64,000 nucleotides of DNA from Bradyrhizobium sp. Lineage in GTDB: Bacteria; Pseudomonadota; Alphaproteobacteria; Rhizobiales; Xanthobacteraceae. Both the position numbers and the translations under genes were made by a program. The notes beneath the pieces are model-generated. The model was not told the origin of the DNA, made no database searches, and worked only from the letters and a program-made list of their open reading frames with translations. Each line of letters starts with the position of its first letter. Within the stretch, counting starts at the first letter, position 1. Location of the stretch: contig NZ_JAUYAN010000053.1 of NCBI RefSeq assembly GCF_030693485.1, forward strand, positions 1,258-65,257, in the 5' to 3' direction. Shown here in pieces: positions 18,600 through 28,276 of this stretch.

Positions 18600-20226
18600 C
18601 CGGCTGAATACCGATCTTCTTCCGGATCGCTGACAGCTCGGTTTCGTCCCAGATCCCGATCAGGACGCCGTTTCTGACCTGGAGCTGCTTCTCGGCATAG
18701 GCGGCGATCTTTTCCGTGCTGGTCGTGATGTGACCCTTTGGGTGCAGCGCCCAGTCGAACAGCGCCGACTGCAGCCGGGCCATGACATCGGCGCAGGACG
18801 AGTCTTCGCCGCGGTCGGTCAATTCCTGCGGGTCTTCGAGCAGGTCGTAAAGCATCGGGCGGAAGCCGGAGGCGTGGATATATTTCCAGCGGCCGTCGAA
18901 TACCATGAACAACCGGCACTGCTCGATCGGCTGGTTCAGCTTCAGCCGGACATCCTGCATGCAGTAGTCGTATTCTGAAAATACCACCTTGCGCCAATCC
19001 GAAGGCGGCCCGCCGCGCAGCAGCGGCATAAGCGAACGCCCTTCCAGAATGTGATCCGGCGGCTTGCCGCCGAAATAGTCGATGAAGGTCGGCGCCAGAT
19101 CGATTGCCTCGACCAGCGCGTCGCAGACCGTGCCCCGCGTGGCGTCGGCCCCGGCCGACGGATCGATCACGATCAGCGGGATCTTGGCAGAGGCATCGTG
19201 GAACAGGTCCTTCTCGCCCATCCAGTGATCGCCGAGATAATCGCCGTGATCCGAGGTGAACACGATCATGGTGGTGTCGAGCAGGCCGCGCGCTTCGAGA
19301 AATCCCATCAGCACGCCCATCTGGTCGTCGATCTGCTTGATCAGCCCCATATAGGTCGGAATGACTTTCTCCCGCGCCTCGTCGCGCGACATGTTGCGGG
19401 AATAGCGCATGTCCATGTAGGCGGCGAACACCGGATGCGCGGATTGCTTTTCCTGCTCCGAACGAACCGCCGGCAGCATGTCGCCGGGGCCGTACATGCT
19501 GGCATAGGGCTCGGGCGCGATGTAGGGCCAGTGCGGCTTGATGTAGGACAGGTGCATGCACCAGGGCCGTCCGTCGGCTTCAGCCTCGGTGATGAAATCC
19601 ATCGCACGTCGCGTCATGTAGGGCGTCTCGGAATCCTCTTCCGCGACGCGGGCCGCCTTGTCGGCATGCACCAGCAGCCAGCCGTTCTGCAGTGAGCCGT
19701 CTTCGCCGGCGCCGGAATTTGCCCAGTGCTCCCAGGGATTGGTCGCCTCATAGCCGCGTTCCCGCAGATAGGCGTCGTATTTCGGGCGGGGCTTGCCGGT
19801 CGGATGCAGGCCGTCGTCACGCTCGTAAGGCTCGAAGCCGCATTCGGCCACATGCACGCCGATGATCGAATCCGGCGCGATCCCCAGCATCTTCAGGCCT
19901 TCGAGATCGGGCGCCATGTGGGTCTTGCCGACCAGCACGTTGCGCACGCCGATTTTCTTCAGGTGATCGCCGAGCGTCGGCTCGCCGACGCGCAGCGGCC
20001 AGCCGTTCCAGTGCGAGCCGTGCGAGCGCATGTAGCGTCCGGTATAGAACGACATCCGCGAGGGGCCGCAGATCGGCGATTGCACATAGGCGTTGGAGAA
20101 TCGCACGCCGCGCTTGGCCATCGCGTCGATATTCGGCGTCTTCAGCGTCGGGTGCCCGGTGCAACCCAGATAATCATAGCGAAGCTGGTCGCACATGATC
20201 CAAAGGACGTTTTTCGGGCGTGACAT
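18592..20226 (-). CDS. sulfatase family hydrolase (formylglycine-type; arylsulfatase / phosphonate-monoester-hydrolase-like)
   Basis: N-terminal NVLWIMCDQLR metal site and CGPSR (C-x-P-x-R) nucleophile motif. TSDHGDYLGDH block. No signal peptide. Confidence 0.8.
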   Translation of the reverse strand: MSRPKNVLWIMCDQLRYDYLGCTGHPTLKTPNIDAMAKRGVRFSNAYVQSPICGPSRMSFYTGRYMRSHGSHWNGWPLRVGEPTLGDHLKKIGVRNVLVGKTHMAPDLEGLKMLGIAPDSIIGVHVAECGFEPYERDDGLHPTGKPRPKYDAYLRERGYEATNPWEHWANSGAGEDGSLQNGWLLVHADKAARVAEEDSETPYMTRRAMDFITEAEADGRPWCMHLSYIKPHWPYIAPEPYASMYGPGDMLPAVRSEQEKQSAHPVFAAYMDMRYSRNMSRDEAREKVIPTYMGLIKQIDDQMGVLMGFLEARGLLDTTMIVFTSDHGDYLGDHWMGEKDLFHDASAKIPLIVIDPSAGADATRGTVCDALVEAIDLAPTFIDYFGGKPPDHILEGRSLMPLLRGGPPSDWRKVVFSEYDYCMQDVRLKLNQPIEQCRLFMVFDGRWKYIHASGFRPMLYDLLEDPQELTDRGEDSSCADVMARLQSALFDWALHPKGHITTSTEKIAAYAEKQLQVRNGVLIGIWDETELSAIRKKIGIQPGA

Positions 20227-20285
20227 GGCGTTACATTTCGGTTTGCACTTGGGCGATGGCGGCGGCAGCCGATCGGGGCAGCGCG

Positions 20286-20717
20286 TTAACCCGGGTTAGC
20301 CTTCAATCCGGCGGCCTCGATCCCCGCGATCGCGCAGATTTCGTCATTGTCCGATGTGTCGCCGCTGACGCCGACCGCGCCGAGCAGGACGCCGCCGTCC
20401 TGGATCAGCACGCCGCCGGGCACCGGAATCAGCCGGCCCTGCGCCATCGTGTTCACCGCGCTGACGAAATAGGCCTGTTCCTGCGCGCGCTGGAACAGCG
20501 CCCTCGATCCCATGCCCATCGCCAACGCGCCCCAGGCCTTGCCATGGGCGATCTCGCTACGCATCAGGCTGGTGCCATCCTGTGCCGCTGATATCTTGAC
20601 GCAACCGCGCGCATCGAGAACGGTGACCACGAGGGGTTTCAGTTTGATCTCGACGCCCTTTGCGAGTGCGACATCGAGAATCTTGCGGGCGATATCGAGA
20701 GTGAGTTCAGCCATCAA
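20286..20717 (-). CDS. glcG: GlcG/HbpS-like heme-binding protein (DUF336)
   Basis: 143 aa with GGVLIQDGGVLLGAVGVSG, typical of GlcG. Overlaps the upstream oxidase gene by 11 nt. Confidence 0.75.
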   Translation of the reverse strand: MMAELTLDIARKILDVALAKGVEIKLKPLVVTVLDARGCVKISAAQDGTSLMRSEIAHGKAWGALAMGMGSRALFQRAQEQAYFVSAVNTMAQGRLIPVPGGVLIQDGGVLLGAVGVSGDTSDNDEICAIAGIEAAGLKANPG

Positions 20718-23670
20718 TGGGTTCCTTTGCGACGGGTGAGGAATAGGGGGTGGCGCGCGCGCTGTCGAGGCTCATCGCCAGCACGCGCGCGACGTGAAGG
20801 GCGCCACGGCCGGCGCCGTCCCTGATCTGGTGCCGGCACGAGGTGCCGTCGGCGACGACCAGCGTGGCATCGTCGGCGCGCCTGACGGCAGGCAGCAGCG
20901 ACAGTTCGGCCATCTCCATCGAGGTCTGGTAGGTGTCGGCGCCGTAACCGAAGGCGCCGGCCATGCCGCAGCAACTGGAATCGATGGTTTCGACATCGAG
21001 GCCGGGGATGAGCCGGAGCACCTGCTCGACCGGCTTGAACGCGCCGAATGATTTCTGGTGGCAGTGGCCATGCAGCACGGCTTTCGCGGCAACAGGTCCG
21101 AGCGGCAGCGAAAGGCGGCCGGCCTCGGCCTCCCGCACCAGAAACTCCTCAAACAGCAACGCATGCGCGCTGACGCTCCTGGCTGTCACGTCCGATCGCA
21201 GTGACAGCAATTCGTCGCGCAGCGTCAGCAGGCAGCTCGGCTCGAGGCCCACGATCGGCACACCGCGGGCGGCGAACGGGGCGTAGGTCGCAACCAGGCG
21301 GTCCAGTTCGGCCCGCGCGTGGTCGACCAACCCGGCCGAGAGAAAGGTCCGTCCGCAGCACAATGGCCGGCCTCGATCCGCGGGCTTCGGAAGATGGACG
21401 CGGTATCCGGCCTCGACCAGCACGCGCAGCGCGGCGTCGAGATTCTCGCGCTCATAGGCGCGATTGAACGTGTCGGCGAACAGCACGACTTCGCGGCCAT
21501 CGGCCGGGCCGGTCGCCTCGACATCCGACTTGAAAACATCGCGCCGCCATTCCGGCAGAGCGCGCTGCGCGCTGATTCCTGCGAATTTCTCGAACCATTT
21601 TCGCAACAGCGGGCTGTGGTTGCGAAGATTGGCGAGCGGGGCGAGATGCGATGCCAGAGCGGCGTAGCGCGGCAGATACCCCACCAGCCGGTCGCGCAAC
21701 GAAAGCCCGTGTTGGGCTGCCCGCGCCGCCAGCACCTCGATCTTCATCTTGGCCATGTCGACGCCAACAGGGCATTCGTGGCGGCAGGCCTTGCAGGACA
21801 CGCAAAGTTTCAGCGTGTCCATCATCTCGTCGGAAGCCAGCGCATCCGGGCCCAACTGGCCGGAGATCGCCAGCCGCAAGGTATTGGCGCGGCCCCGCGT
21901 AACATCCTTCTCGTTGCGGGTGGCGCGATAGGACGGACACATCACGCCGCCTTCGAGCTTGCGGCAGGCACCGTTGTTGTTGCACATCTCGACCGCGCCC
22001 TGAAAACCACCGCCGGCGCCGGGATACGCGGACCAGTCCAGCGCGGTCTTCAGCTCCGTGACGCGGTAATTCGGCGGATAACGAAACAGCGACCGGTCGT
22101 CCATTTTCGGCGCGTCGACGATCTTGCCAGGATTGAGCACATGGCCAGGATCGAAGCGCTGCTTGATCTCGCGGAAATCTTCGATGATGCGCGGGCCGAA
22201 CATCGGCTCGTGAAATTCCGAGCGCACCAGGCCGTCGCCGTGCTCGCCGGAATGCGAGCCCTTGTATTCCCGGACCATCGCGAAGGTTTCCTCGGCGATG
22301 GCGCGCATCGCCTTGACGTCCTTTTCCAGTTTCAGGTTCAGCACCGGGCGTACATGCAGGCAGCCCTCGGAGGCGTGCGCATACATGGTGCCGCGGGTGC
22401 CGTGCCGGGCAAAAATCTCGTTGAGCCGCGCGGTATAGTCGGCGAGATGCGGCAGCGGCACGGCGCAATCCTCGACGAAGGAGACCGGCTTGCCTTCCTG
22501 CTTCATCGACATCATGACGTTGAGGCCGGCGGCGCGAAACTCGGCGATGCCGGTTTGCAACGCGGGCTCCATAATTTCGACCACGCCGCCCCATTTGCGT
22601 TGCGGTCGGTCCCAGCCAAAACCGAGATCGGCCATCAGCTCGCCGAGCTTTTTCAACCGATGAATGTTTTCGGCCTGATCCTCTTCGGCAAATTCGACGA
22701 TCAGCACGGCATCGGGATCGCCGCGCACGGCGGTGCCGATGATCGGCTGGAACATCGCGATCTCGCGCCCCAGCGCCAGCATGGTGCGATCGACCAGTTC
22801 GACCGCGATCGGGCGCAGCTTCACCAGATGCTGGGCGGCATCCATCGCCTCGTAGAAACTGCCGAAGTGGCAGACGCCCAATACCTTGTTGCGGATCACC
22901 GGCCACAGCTTCAGTTCGACCTTTGTGGTGAAAGCCAGCGTGCCTTCGGAGCCGACCAGCAGATGCGCCAGATTGTTGGGCGCATTGCGCGGCACCAGCG
23001 CATCGAGATTGTAGCCGCCGACCCGGCGCTGCACTTTCGGGAATCTCTCGGCGACTTCGGCGGCCTCGCGGGCGCCGAGGTCCAGCATGTCGCGGAACAG
23101 GGCGACGCTGTCGTCGCCGGAATTCACCTCGCCGAAATGCAGCAGGTTGCCGTCGGCCAAAGCGGCGTCCATCGACAGCGTGTTGTCGCGCATGGTGCCG
23201 TAGCGCAGCGAGCGTCCGCCGCAGGAATTGTTGCCGGCCATGCCGCCGATGGTGGCGCGCGAGGCGGTGGAGACATCGACCGGAAACCACAGCCCGTGCT
23301 TTCGAAGTTGCCGGTTGAGATCGTCGAGCACGATGCCGGGCTCGACCACGCAAGAGCGGTTCTCGAGGTCGAGCGAGACGATGCGGTTGAGGTGTTTGGA
23401 GAAGTCGATGACGAGGCCGTGATTGACGGTCTGGCCGCATTGCGAGGTGCCGCCGCCGCGCGGCGTGACGATCCGCCCATCGTCCCGGATGATCGCGAGC
23501 GCCCGCAGCGCCTCGTCCATGGTCCGGGGGATCACCACCCCCGCGGGCATCATCTGGTAGAACGAGGCGTCGGTGGCATAACGGCCGCGGTTGAACGGGT
23601 CGAAGAACACGTCGCCGGTCACCGCGCGCGCCAGCCGGTCTTCAAGCCTCATTGAACCCTTGTTGGACAT
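20707..23670 (-). CDS. FAD-linked oxidase fused to (Fe-S)/CCG domains (GlcD-GlcF fusion, YdiJ-like 2-hydroxyacid dehydrogenase)
   Basis: N-terminal FAD_binding_4 (PRGGGTSQCGQ). Two ferredoxin-type Cys clusters (CNNNGACRKLEGGVMCP, CVSCKACRHECP). C-terminal Cys-rich CCG repeats. Confidence 0.85.
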   Translation of the reverse strand: MSNKGSMRLEDRLARAVTGDVFFDPFNRGRYATDASFYQMMPAGVVIPRTMDEALRALAIIRDDGRIVTPRGGGTSQCGQTVNHGLVIDFSKHLNRIVSLDLENRSCVVEPGIVLDDLNRQLRKHGLWFPVDVSTASRATIGGMAGNNSCGGRSLRYGTMRDNTLSMDAALADGNLLHFGEVNSGDDSVALFRDMLDLGAREAAEVAERFPKVQRRVGGYNLDALVPRNAPNNLAHLLVGSEGTLAFTTKVELKLWPVIRNKVLGVCHFGSFYEAMDAAQHLVKLRPIAVELVDRTMLALGREIAMFQPIIGTAVRGDPDAVLIVEFAEEDQAENIHRLKKLGELMADLGFGWDRPQRKWGGVVEIMEPALQTGIAEFRAAGLNVMMSMKQEGKPVSFVEDCAVPLPHLADYTARLNEIFARHGTRGTMYAHASEGCLHVRPVLNLKLEKDVKAMRAIAEETFAMVREYKGSHSGEHGDGLVRSEFHEPMFGPRIIEDFREIKQRFDPGHVLNPGKIVDAPKMDDRSLFRYPPNYRVTELKTALDWSAYPGAGGGFQGAVEMCNNNGACRKLEGGVMCPSYRATRNEKDVTRGRANTLRLAISGQLGPDALASDEMMDTLKLCVSCKACRHECPVGVDMAKMKIEVLAARAAQHGLSLRDRLVGYLPRYAALASHLAPLANLRNHSPLLRKWFEKFAGISAQRALPEWRRDVFKSDVEATGPADGREVVLFADTFNRAYERENLDAALRVLVEAGYRVHLPKPADRGRPLCCGRTFLSAGLVDHARAELDRLVATYAPFAARGVPIVGLEPSCLLTLRDELLSLRSDVTARSVSAHALLFEEFLVREAEAGRLSLPLGPVAAKAVLHGHCHQKSFGAFKPVEQVLRLIPGLDVETIDSSCCGMAGAFGYGADTYQTSMEMAELSLLPAVRRADDATLVVADGTSCRHQIRDGAGRGALHVARVLAMSLDSARATPYSSPVAKEPIDG

Positions 23671-23793
23671 TCCGCTCCTGCTGGGCGCTACCGGCGCACA
23701 TTCCCACCAAGATTGGGCAGGAAATGCAATTTAATTTTATGCTCTTGTATTTTGAATTCAAATTCTGCTTCGAACCGCAGGGGAGATGAGGTG

Positions 23794-24531
23794 TCAAGCT
23801 GGCTCCGCCCCGGCCATGCCGTCCGCCTTCAGATGTTCGACGGCGGCGGTCCGCTTATTGCGCAAATGCCTGAACAGGATGTCGCTGAGTTCGCTGCCGG
23901 CGCGGCGACGCAGCGCATCCAGTATGGTTTCGTGTTCGCGCATCGCTTCGCCCCAGCGCTCCCGCTTGCGGGCGAAATTGGCGGAGTAGCGTACCCGGCG
24001 AATCCGGCCGGCAAAGTTGGCGTAAGTGGCCAGCAGCACCGTGTTGCGAGAGGCTTCGACGATCTTCTGGTGGATCAACTGGTTGACGCGGAAATAGCCG
24101 TGCATGTCGCGGTGCAAATAGAAGCCGTACATCTCATAATGCAGCCGCTCGATTTCGGCGATTTCGGCGTCGGTAATGTTTTCGCAGGCGAGGCGCCCGG
24201 CGAGACCTTCGAGTCCGCCCATGACGTCGAACAGTTCGCCGAGGTCGTGCTCGCTCAATTGCCGCACGCGGGCGCCCCGGTTGGGCAATAGCTCGACCAG
24301 TCCCTCGGAAGCCAATACCTTCAGGGCTTCACGCAATGGCGTCCGCGAGATGCCCAGCATCTCGCAAAGCTGGCGTTCCGGCACGCGGCCACCATCCGGA
24401 ATGTTGCCTTCGACGATGTGGTCTCGTAGCCGCGTCAGGATCTCGTCATGCAGAGACAGGTCTTCCCGGTCCGGATCGGTGCCGGCGCCAAGGACTTTCG
24501 AGGTGGCGTCGCTGGGAATCAGGGGTTTCAT
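23794..24531 (-). CDS. GntR family transcriptional regulator (FCD subfamily)
   Basis: wHTH (ERQLCEMLGISRTPLREALKVL) plus an FCD-like C-terminal domain. Confidence 0.85.
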   Translation of the reverse strand: MKPLIPSDATSKVLGAGTDPDREDLSLHDEILTRLRDHIVEGNIPDGGRVPERQLCEMLGISRTPLREALKVLASEGLVELLPNRGARVRQLSEHDLGELFDVMGGLEGLAGRLACENITDAEIAEIERLHYEMYGFYLHRDMHGYFRVNQLIHQKIVEASRNTVLLATYANFAGRIRRVRYSANFARKRERWGEAMREHETILDALRRRAGSELSDILFRHLRNKRTAAVEHLKADGMAGAEPA

Positions 24532-24572
24532 AAGCTGAACATAGGACCTGGCGGGGCTCCCGTCGATTAAGA

Positions 24573-24617
24573 ATTGTAAACAATATTTCGATTGCTGTCA
24601 GGTAAATTGAATGCAAT
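24573..24617. promoter_or_regulatory. candidate GntR operators in divergent promoter
   Basis: ATTGTAAACAAT (24573-24584) and ATTGAATGCAAT (24606-24617). Both fit the GntR-type GT-Nx-AC inverted-repeat logic. Confidence 0.4.
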
Positions 24618-24642
24618 ATAATTAAGAGCAGACGAGGAAGCC

Positions 24643-25851
24643 ATGACTCAGCACCAGGGACGCCATTTCCTGCAAATTCCTGGCCCGAGCCCGGTGCCGG
24701 ACCGGGTGCTTCGCGCCATGGACATGCCGGTGATCGATCATCGCAGCGCCCAGTTCGCCGAGCTGAGCAAGGCGGTCTTCGAAGGCTGCCGGCAGATCTT
24801 CAAGACCACCGGCCCGGTCCTGATTTTTCCGTCGTCCGGCACCGGCGCCTGGGAGGCGGCGATCGTCAATACACTCTCGCCCGGCGACAGGGTCCTGATG
24901 GTCGAGACCGGCCATTTCGCGACGCTGTGGCGGCAAATGGCGGCGCGCTGGGGCATCGAGGTTGATTTCATGCCCGGCGACTGGCGCCACGGCGCCGATC
25001 CCGTTGCGATCGAGGCCGCGCTGGCGCAGGATTCAGCCCATGCCATCAAGGCGGTAATGGTGGTGCACAACGAAACCTCCACTGGCGTGACCAGCCGCGT
25101 CGGCGATATCCGCGCCGCGATGGACAAGGTCGGCCATCCCGCCTTGCTGCTTGTCGATACCATCTCCTCGCTTGGTTCGATCGACTACCGGCACGACGAG
25201 TGGAAGGTCGACGTCACCGTCAGTTGTTCGCAGAAAGGCTTCATGCTGCCGCCGGGGCTCGGCTTCAACGCGATCTCGGAGAAAGCCCGCGCCGCGGCCA
25301 AAACCAACAAGATGCCGCGGTCCTACTGGGACTGGGAAGAGATGCTGAAGCCCAACGCCGCTGGCTTTTTCCCCTACACGCCGGCCACCAGCCTGCTCTA
25401 CGGCCTGCGCGAAGCCATCGCGATGCTGCTGGAGGAGGGACTGGATGCGGTGTTCGCCCGGCATAAGCGCCTTGCGGCTGCCACCCGCACCGCCGTCGCA
25501 CATTGGGGCCTCGAGGTGGTTTGTCTTGAACCTGCCGAATATTCGCCGGTTCTGACGGCCGTGATGATGCCGCCGGGGCACGACGCCGACCAGTTCCGCA
25601 AAACCGTGCTCGACAATTACAACATGTCGCTCGGTTCCGGGCTGTCGAAGCTCGCCGGCAAGGTGTTTCGCATTGGCCATCTCGGTGAGTGCAACGAACT
25701 CACATTGATGGGAGCCCTGTCAGGCGTTGAGATGGGTCTCTCCACTTCGGGTGTGCCGCATCGGGCCGGCGGTGTCGAAGCTGCGATGAAATATCTCGAA
25801 GGGCGAACAGAAGCAAATGCTCCCACGCATCTCAAGGTGATCGGAAATTAA
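24643..25851 (+). CDS. class V aminotransferase (serine-glyoxylate / alanine-glyoxylate aminotransferase-like), copy 1
   Basis: HFLQIPGP N-terminus and PLP lysine context SQKGFMLPPG. GAGGAAG RBS. Confidence 0.85.
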   Translation: MTQHQGRHFLQIPGPSPVPDRVLRAMDMPVIDHRSAQFAELSKAVFEGCRQIFKTTGPVLIFPSSGTGAWEAAIVNTLSPGDRVLMVETGHFATLWRQMAARWGIEVDFMPGDWRHGADPVAIEAALAQDSAHAIKAVMVVHNETSTGVTSRVGDIRAAMDKVGHPALLLVDTISSLGSIDYRHDEWKVDVTVSCSQKGFMLPPGLGFNAISEKARAAAKTNKMPRSYWDWEEMLKPNAAGFFPYTPATSLLYGLREAIAMLLEEGLDAVFARHKRLAAATRTAVAHWGLEVVCLEPAEYSPVLTAVMMPPGHDADQFRKTVLDNYNMSLGSGLSKLAGKVFRIGHLGECNELTLMGALSGVEMGLSTSGVPHRAGGVEAAMKYLEGRTEANAPTHLKVIGN

Positions 25852-25859
25852 CTGCGGAT

Positions 25860-25877
25860 GGCGAGCGAAAGCTCGCC
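25860..25877 (+). other. perfect 7-bp stem with GAAA tetraloop between the two aminotransferase genes
   Basis: GGCGAGC-GAAA-GCTCGCC, 9 nt after the copy-1 stop. No U-tract follows. Confidence 0.4.
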
Positions 25878-26138
25878 GGGCGATGCAAAAAATCAAAGCG
25901 CCTGGTGTCAACGTCAGGCCCAACGGGCTGGTCGGCTTCATCACCACCCTGGCCATTGTGCTGTTGTTCTGGCCGATACTGGACCGCGCCTGGAGCAGCG
26001 TCGGACGGCTGTGGCGTCCGGCGCGGGCCTAGTCTGCCGTGTTATGCATTGACGGGGCGTCCCGGGCGGGGGACAAGCCCGCCGAATAGTGATATTCGAG
26101 CGGCTCGCGAAGCGGAATACCCCCGGGAAGGACGCCAT

Positions 26139-27338
26139 ATGACCCTCCACACTGGTAGGCATTTTCTCCAGATTCCAGGCCCGACCAACGTGCCCGACCG
26201 GGTATTGCGGGCGATGGACATGCCCACCCTGGATCATCGCGGCCCCGAATTCGCCGAGCTGGGTCATGCCGTGCTGGCGGGCTGCCAGCGCGTGTTCCGA
26301 ACCAAGCAGCCGGTCATCATTTATCCGGCGTCGGGAACGGGCGCCTGGGAAGCGGCGATCGTCAATACGCTGTCGCCGGGCGACAAGGTGTTGATGGCGG
26401 AGACCGGCCAGTTCGCGGTGCTGTGGCTCGGCATCGCCGAGAAGTTCAAGCTCGACGTCGAATTCCTGCCCACCGACTGGCGCCGCGGCGCCGACGTCGA
26501 GCAGATCGAAGCCAGGCTCGCCGCCGACCGCGACCACAGGATCAAGGCCGTGTGCGTGGTGCACAACGAGACCTCGACCGGCTGCGTCACCCATCCGCTG
26601 GAGGTTCGCAAGGCGCTCAATCGCACCAACCATCCGGCGCTGCTGATGGTCGACACCATCTCGGGCCTCGCCTCGCTGGAATACGAACACGATGCCTGGG
26701 GCATCGACATCTCCGTTGCCGGCTCGCAGAAGGGCATGATGCTGCCGCCGGGCCTCAGTTTCAACGCGGTCTCGGAAAAGGCGCTGGCGGCCTCGAAGGC
26801 CAACAGTTCGCTGCGATCCTACTGGGACTGGCATGACCATATCGCGATCAACAAGGTCGGCACCTTCCCCTATACGCCCGCCATCAACCTTCTGTTCGCG
26901 CTGAAGGAAGCGATTGCGATGCTGGAGGAGGAGGGGCTCGACAAGGTGTGGGCCCGCCACCTGCGTCACGGTGCGGCGACCCGCGCCGCCGCCAAGGCAT
27001 GGGGGCTGGATCTGGTCTGCCTCGACCCCCACTGCTATTCGCCGGCGCTGACCGCGGTCATGGTTCCGGACGGGCACGACGCCGACGCCTTCCGCAAGGT
27101 GGTGCTGGAAAACTTCGACATGTCGCTCGGCACCGGTCTCGGCAAGCTCAAGGGCAAGGCATTCAGGATCGGCCATATCGGACATTTCAACGACCTGATG
27201 CTGATGGGCACGCTGGCAGGCGTCGAGATGGGACTCGACCTCGCCAAGGTGCCGCATCGTAGCGGCGGCGTGCTCGCCGCGATGGACGTCCTGAAGGGGC
27301 GCGACGTGGTGCCGATGCAAAAGGCGGCGGTGGCCTGA
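26139..27338 (+). CDS. class V aminotransferase, copy 2 (paralog of 24643-25851)
   Basis: ATG at 26139 follows GGGAAGGA. Aligns colinearly with copy 1 by eye (HFLQIPGP, SGTGAWEAAIVNTLSPGD, SQKGMMLPPG). Confidence 0.85.
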   Translation: MTLHTGRHFLQIPGPTNVPDRVLRAMDMPTLDHRGPEFAELGHAVLAGCQRVFRTKQPVIIYPASGTGAWEAAIVNTLSPGDKVLMAETGQFAVLWLGIAEKFKLDVEFLPTDWRRGADVEQIEARLAADRDHRIKAVCVVHNETSTGCVTHPLEVRKALNRTNHPALLMVDTISGLASLEYEHDAWGIDISVAGSQKGMMLPPGLSFNAVSEKALAASKANSSLRSYWDWHDHIAINKVGTFPYTPAINLLFALKEAIAMLEEEGLDKVWARHLRHGAATRAAAKAWGLDLVCLDPHCYSPALTAVMVPDGHDADAFRKVVLENFDMSLGTGLGKLKGKAFRIGHIGHFNDLMLMGTLAGVEMGLDLAKVPHRSGGVLAAMDVLKGRDVVPMQKAAVA

Positions 27339-27397
27339 GCCCCGCGATCGTCGCTTGCGCTCCTCGCAATGACGTCAACAACAGAAAAGAGCGTGCG

Positions 27398-28192
27398 ATG
27401 AACGCCCCGGCAGCCAGCGAAGACCTGATCTATACGATCGACAACGGCATTGCCCACCTCACCTTCAACCGCCCGCAGGCGCGCAATGCGCTGACCTTTG
27501 CGATGTACGAGCAGATGGCGGCGATCTGCGAAAGCGTGAACGCCGATCGCTCGATCAAGGCGATGATCCTCACCGGGTCGGGCGACAAGGCGTTCGCGTC
27601 CGGCACCGACATTTCGCAGTTCCGTGCCTTCAAGACCGCGGAGGATGCGCTCGACTATGAGGAGCGGATCGATCGCGTGCTGGGCGCACTGGAAAAGGTG
27701 AGGGTGCCGACCATCGCGGCGATCGCCGGCGCCTGTACCGGCGGCGGGGCGGGAATCGCCGCCTGCTGCGACATTCGCATCGGTACGGCGACGGCGCGGA
27801 TCGGCTTTCCGATCGCGCGCACGCTTGGCAATTGCCTGTCGATGTCCAATATCAGCCGGGTCGTCGCCCTGGTCGGGCCGGCGCGGACCAAGGACCTGAT
27901 CTTTACGGCGCGGCTGATCGAGGCGCCCGAGGCGCTGGCGCTCGGTCTGCTCAACGAAGTGGTGCCTGACGTTGCGACGCTGCAGCGCCGCGCCGCTGAA
28001 ACCGCCAGGCTGATTGCCGGCCACGCGCCGATCACGATGGAAACCGCCAAGGAAGCGGTGCTCCGCCTCCGCCGCACCCTGTCGCGCGAGGAGGGCCGGG
28101 ACCTGATCCTGCGCGCCTATATGAGCGAGGATTTCCGCGAGGGCATGGATGCCTTCCTCAACAAGCGCACGCCGAACTGGAAAGGCAAGTGA
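27398..28192 (+). CDS. enoyl-CoA hydratase/isomerase family protein
   Basis: Crotonase blocks (MILTGSGDKAFASGTDI, GACTGGGAGIA) and C-terminal FLNKRTPNW. Confidence 0.85.
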   Translation: MNAPAASEDLIYTIDNGIAHLTFNRPQARNALTFAMYEQMAAICESVNADRSIKAMILTGSGDKAFASGTDISQFRAFKTAEDALDYEERIDRVLGALEKVRVPTIAAIAGACTGGGAGIAACCDIRIGTATARIGFPIARTLGNCLSMSNISRVVALVGPARTKDLIFTARLIEAPEALALGLLNEVVPDVATLQRRAAETARLIAGHAPITMETAKEAVLRLRRTLSREEGRDLILRAYMSEDFREGMDAFLNKRTPNWKGK

Positions 28193-28196
28193 TCCT

Positions 28197-28224
28197 GGCT
28201 CCCGATTTCGGGGGCCTTTCGTTT
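28197..28224 (+). terminator. rho-independent terminator
   Basis: GGCTCCCG-ATTT-CGGGGGCC hairpin followed by TTTCGTTT. Lies between convergent genes. Confidence 0.6.
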
Positions 28225-28276
28225 GCGCCACTCCGCGCCACAGAACCGGCATTCAGGCGGATCGACCCCTTCCGTT

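Noticed and set aside
21319-23655. 778-aa plus-strand ORF and 662-aa minus-strand off-frame ORF (21452-23440)
   Set aside because: Both overlap the well-supported FAD/Fe-S oxidase gene. The sequences are low-complexity and Arg-rich. Shadow ORFs.
25941-28252. 459-aa (25941-27320) and 405-aa (27035-28252) minus-strand ORFs
   Set aside because: Antisense to aminotransferase copy 2 and the enoyl-CoA hydratase. Shadow ORFs.
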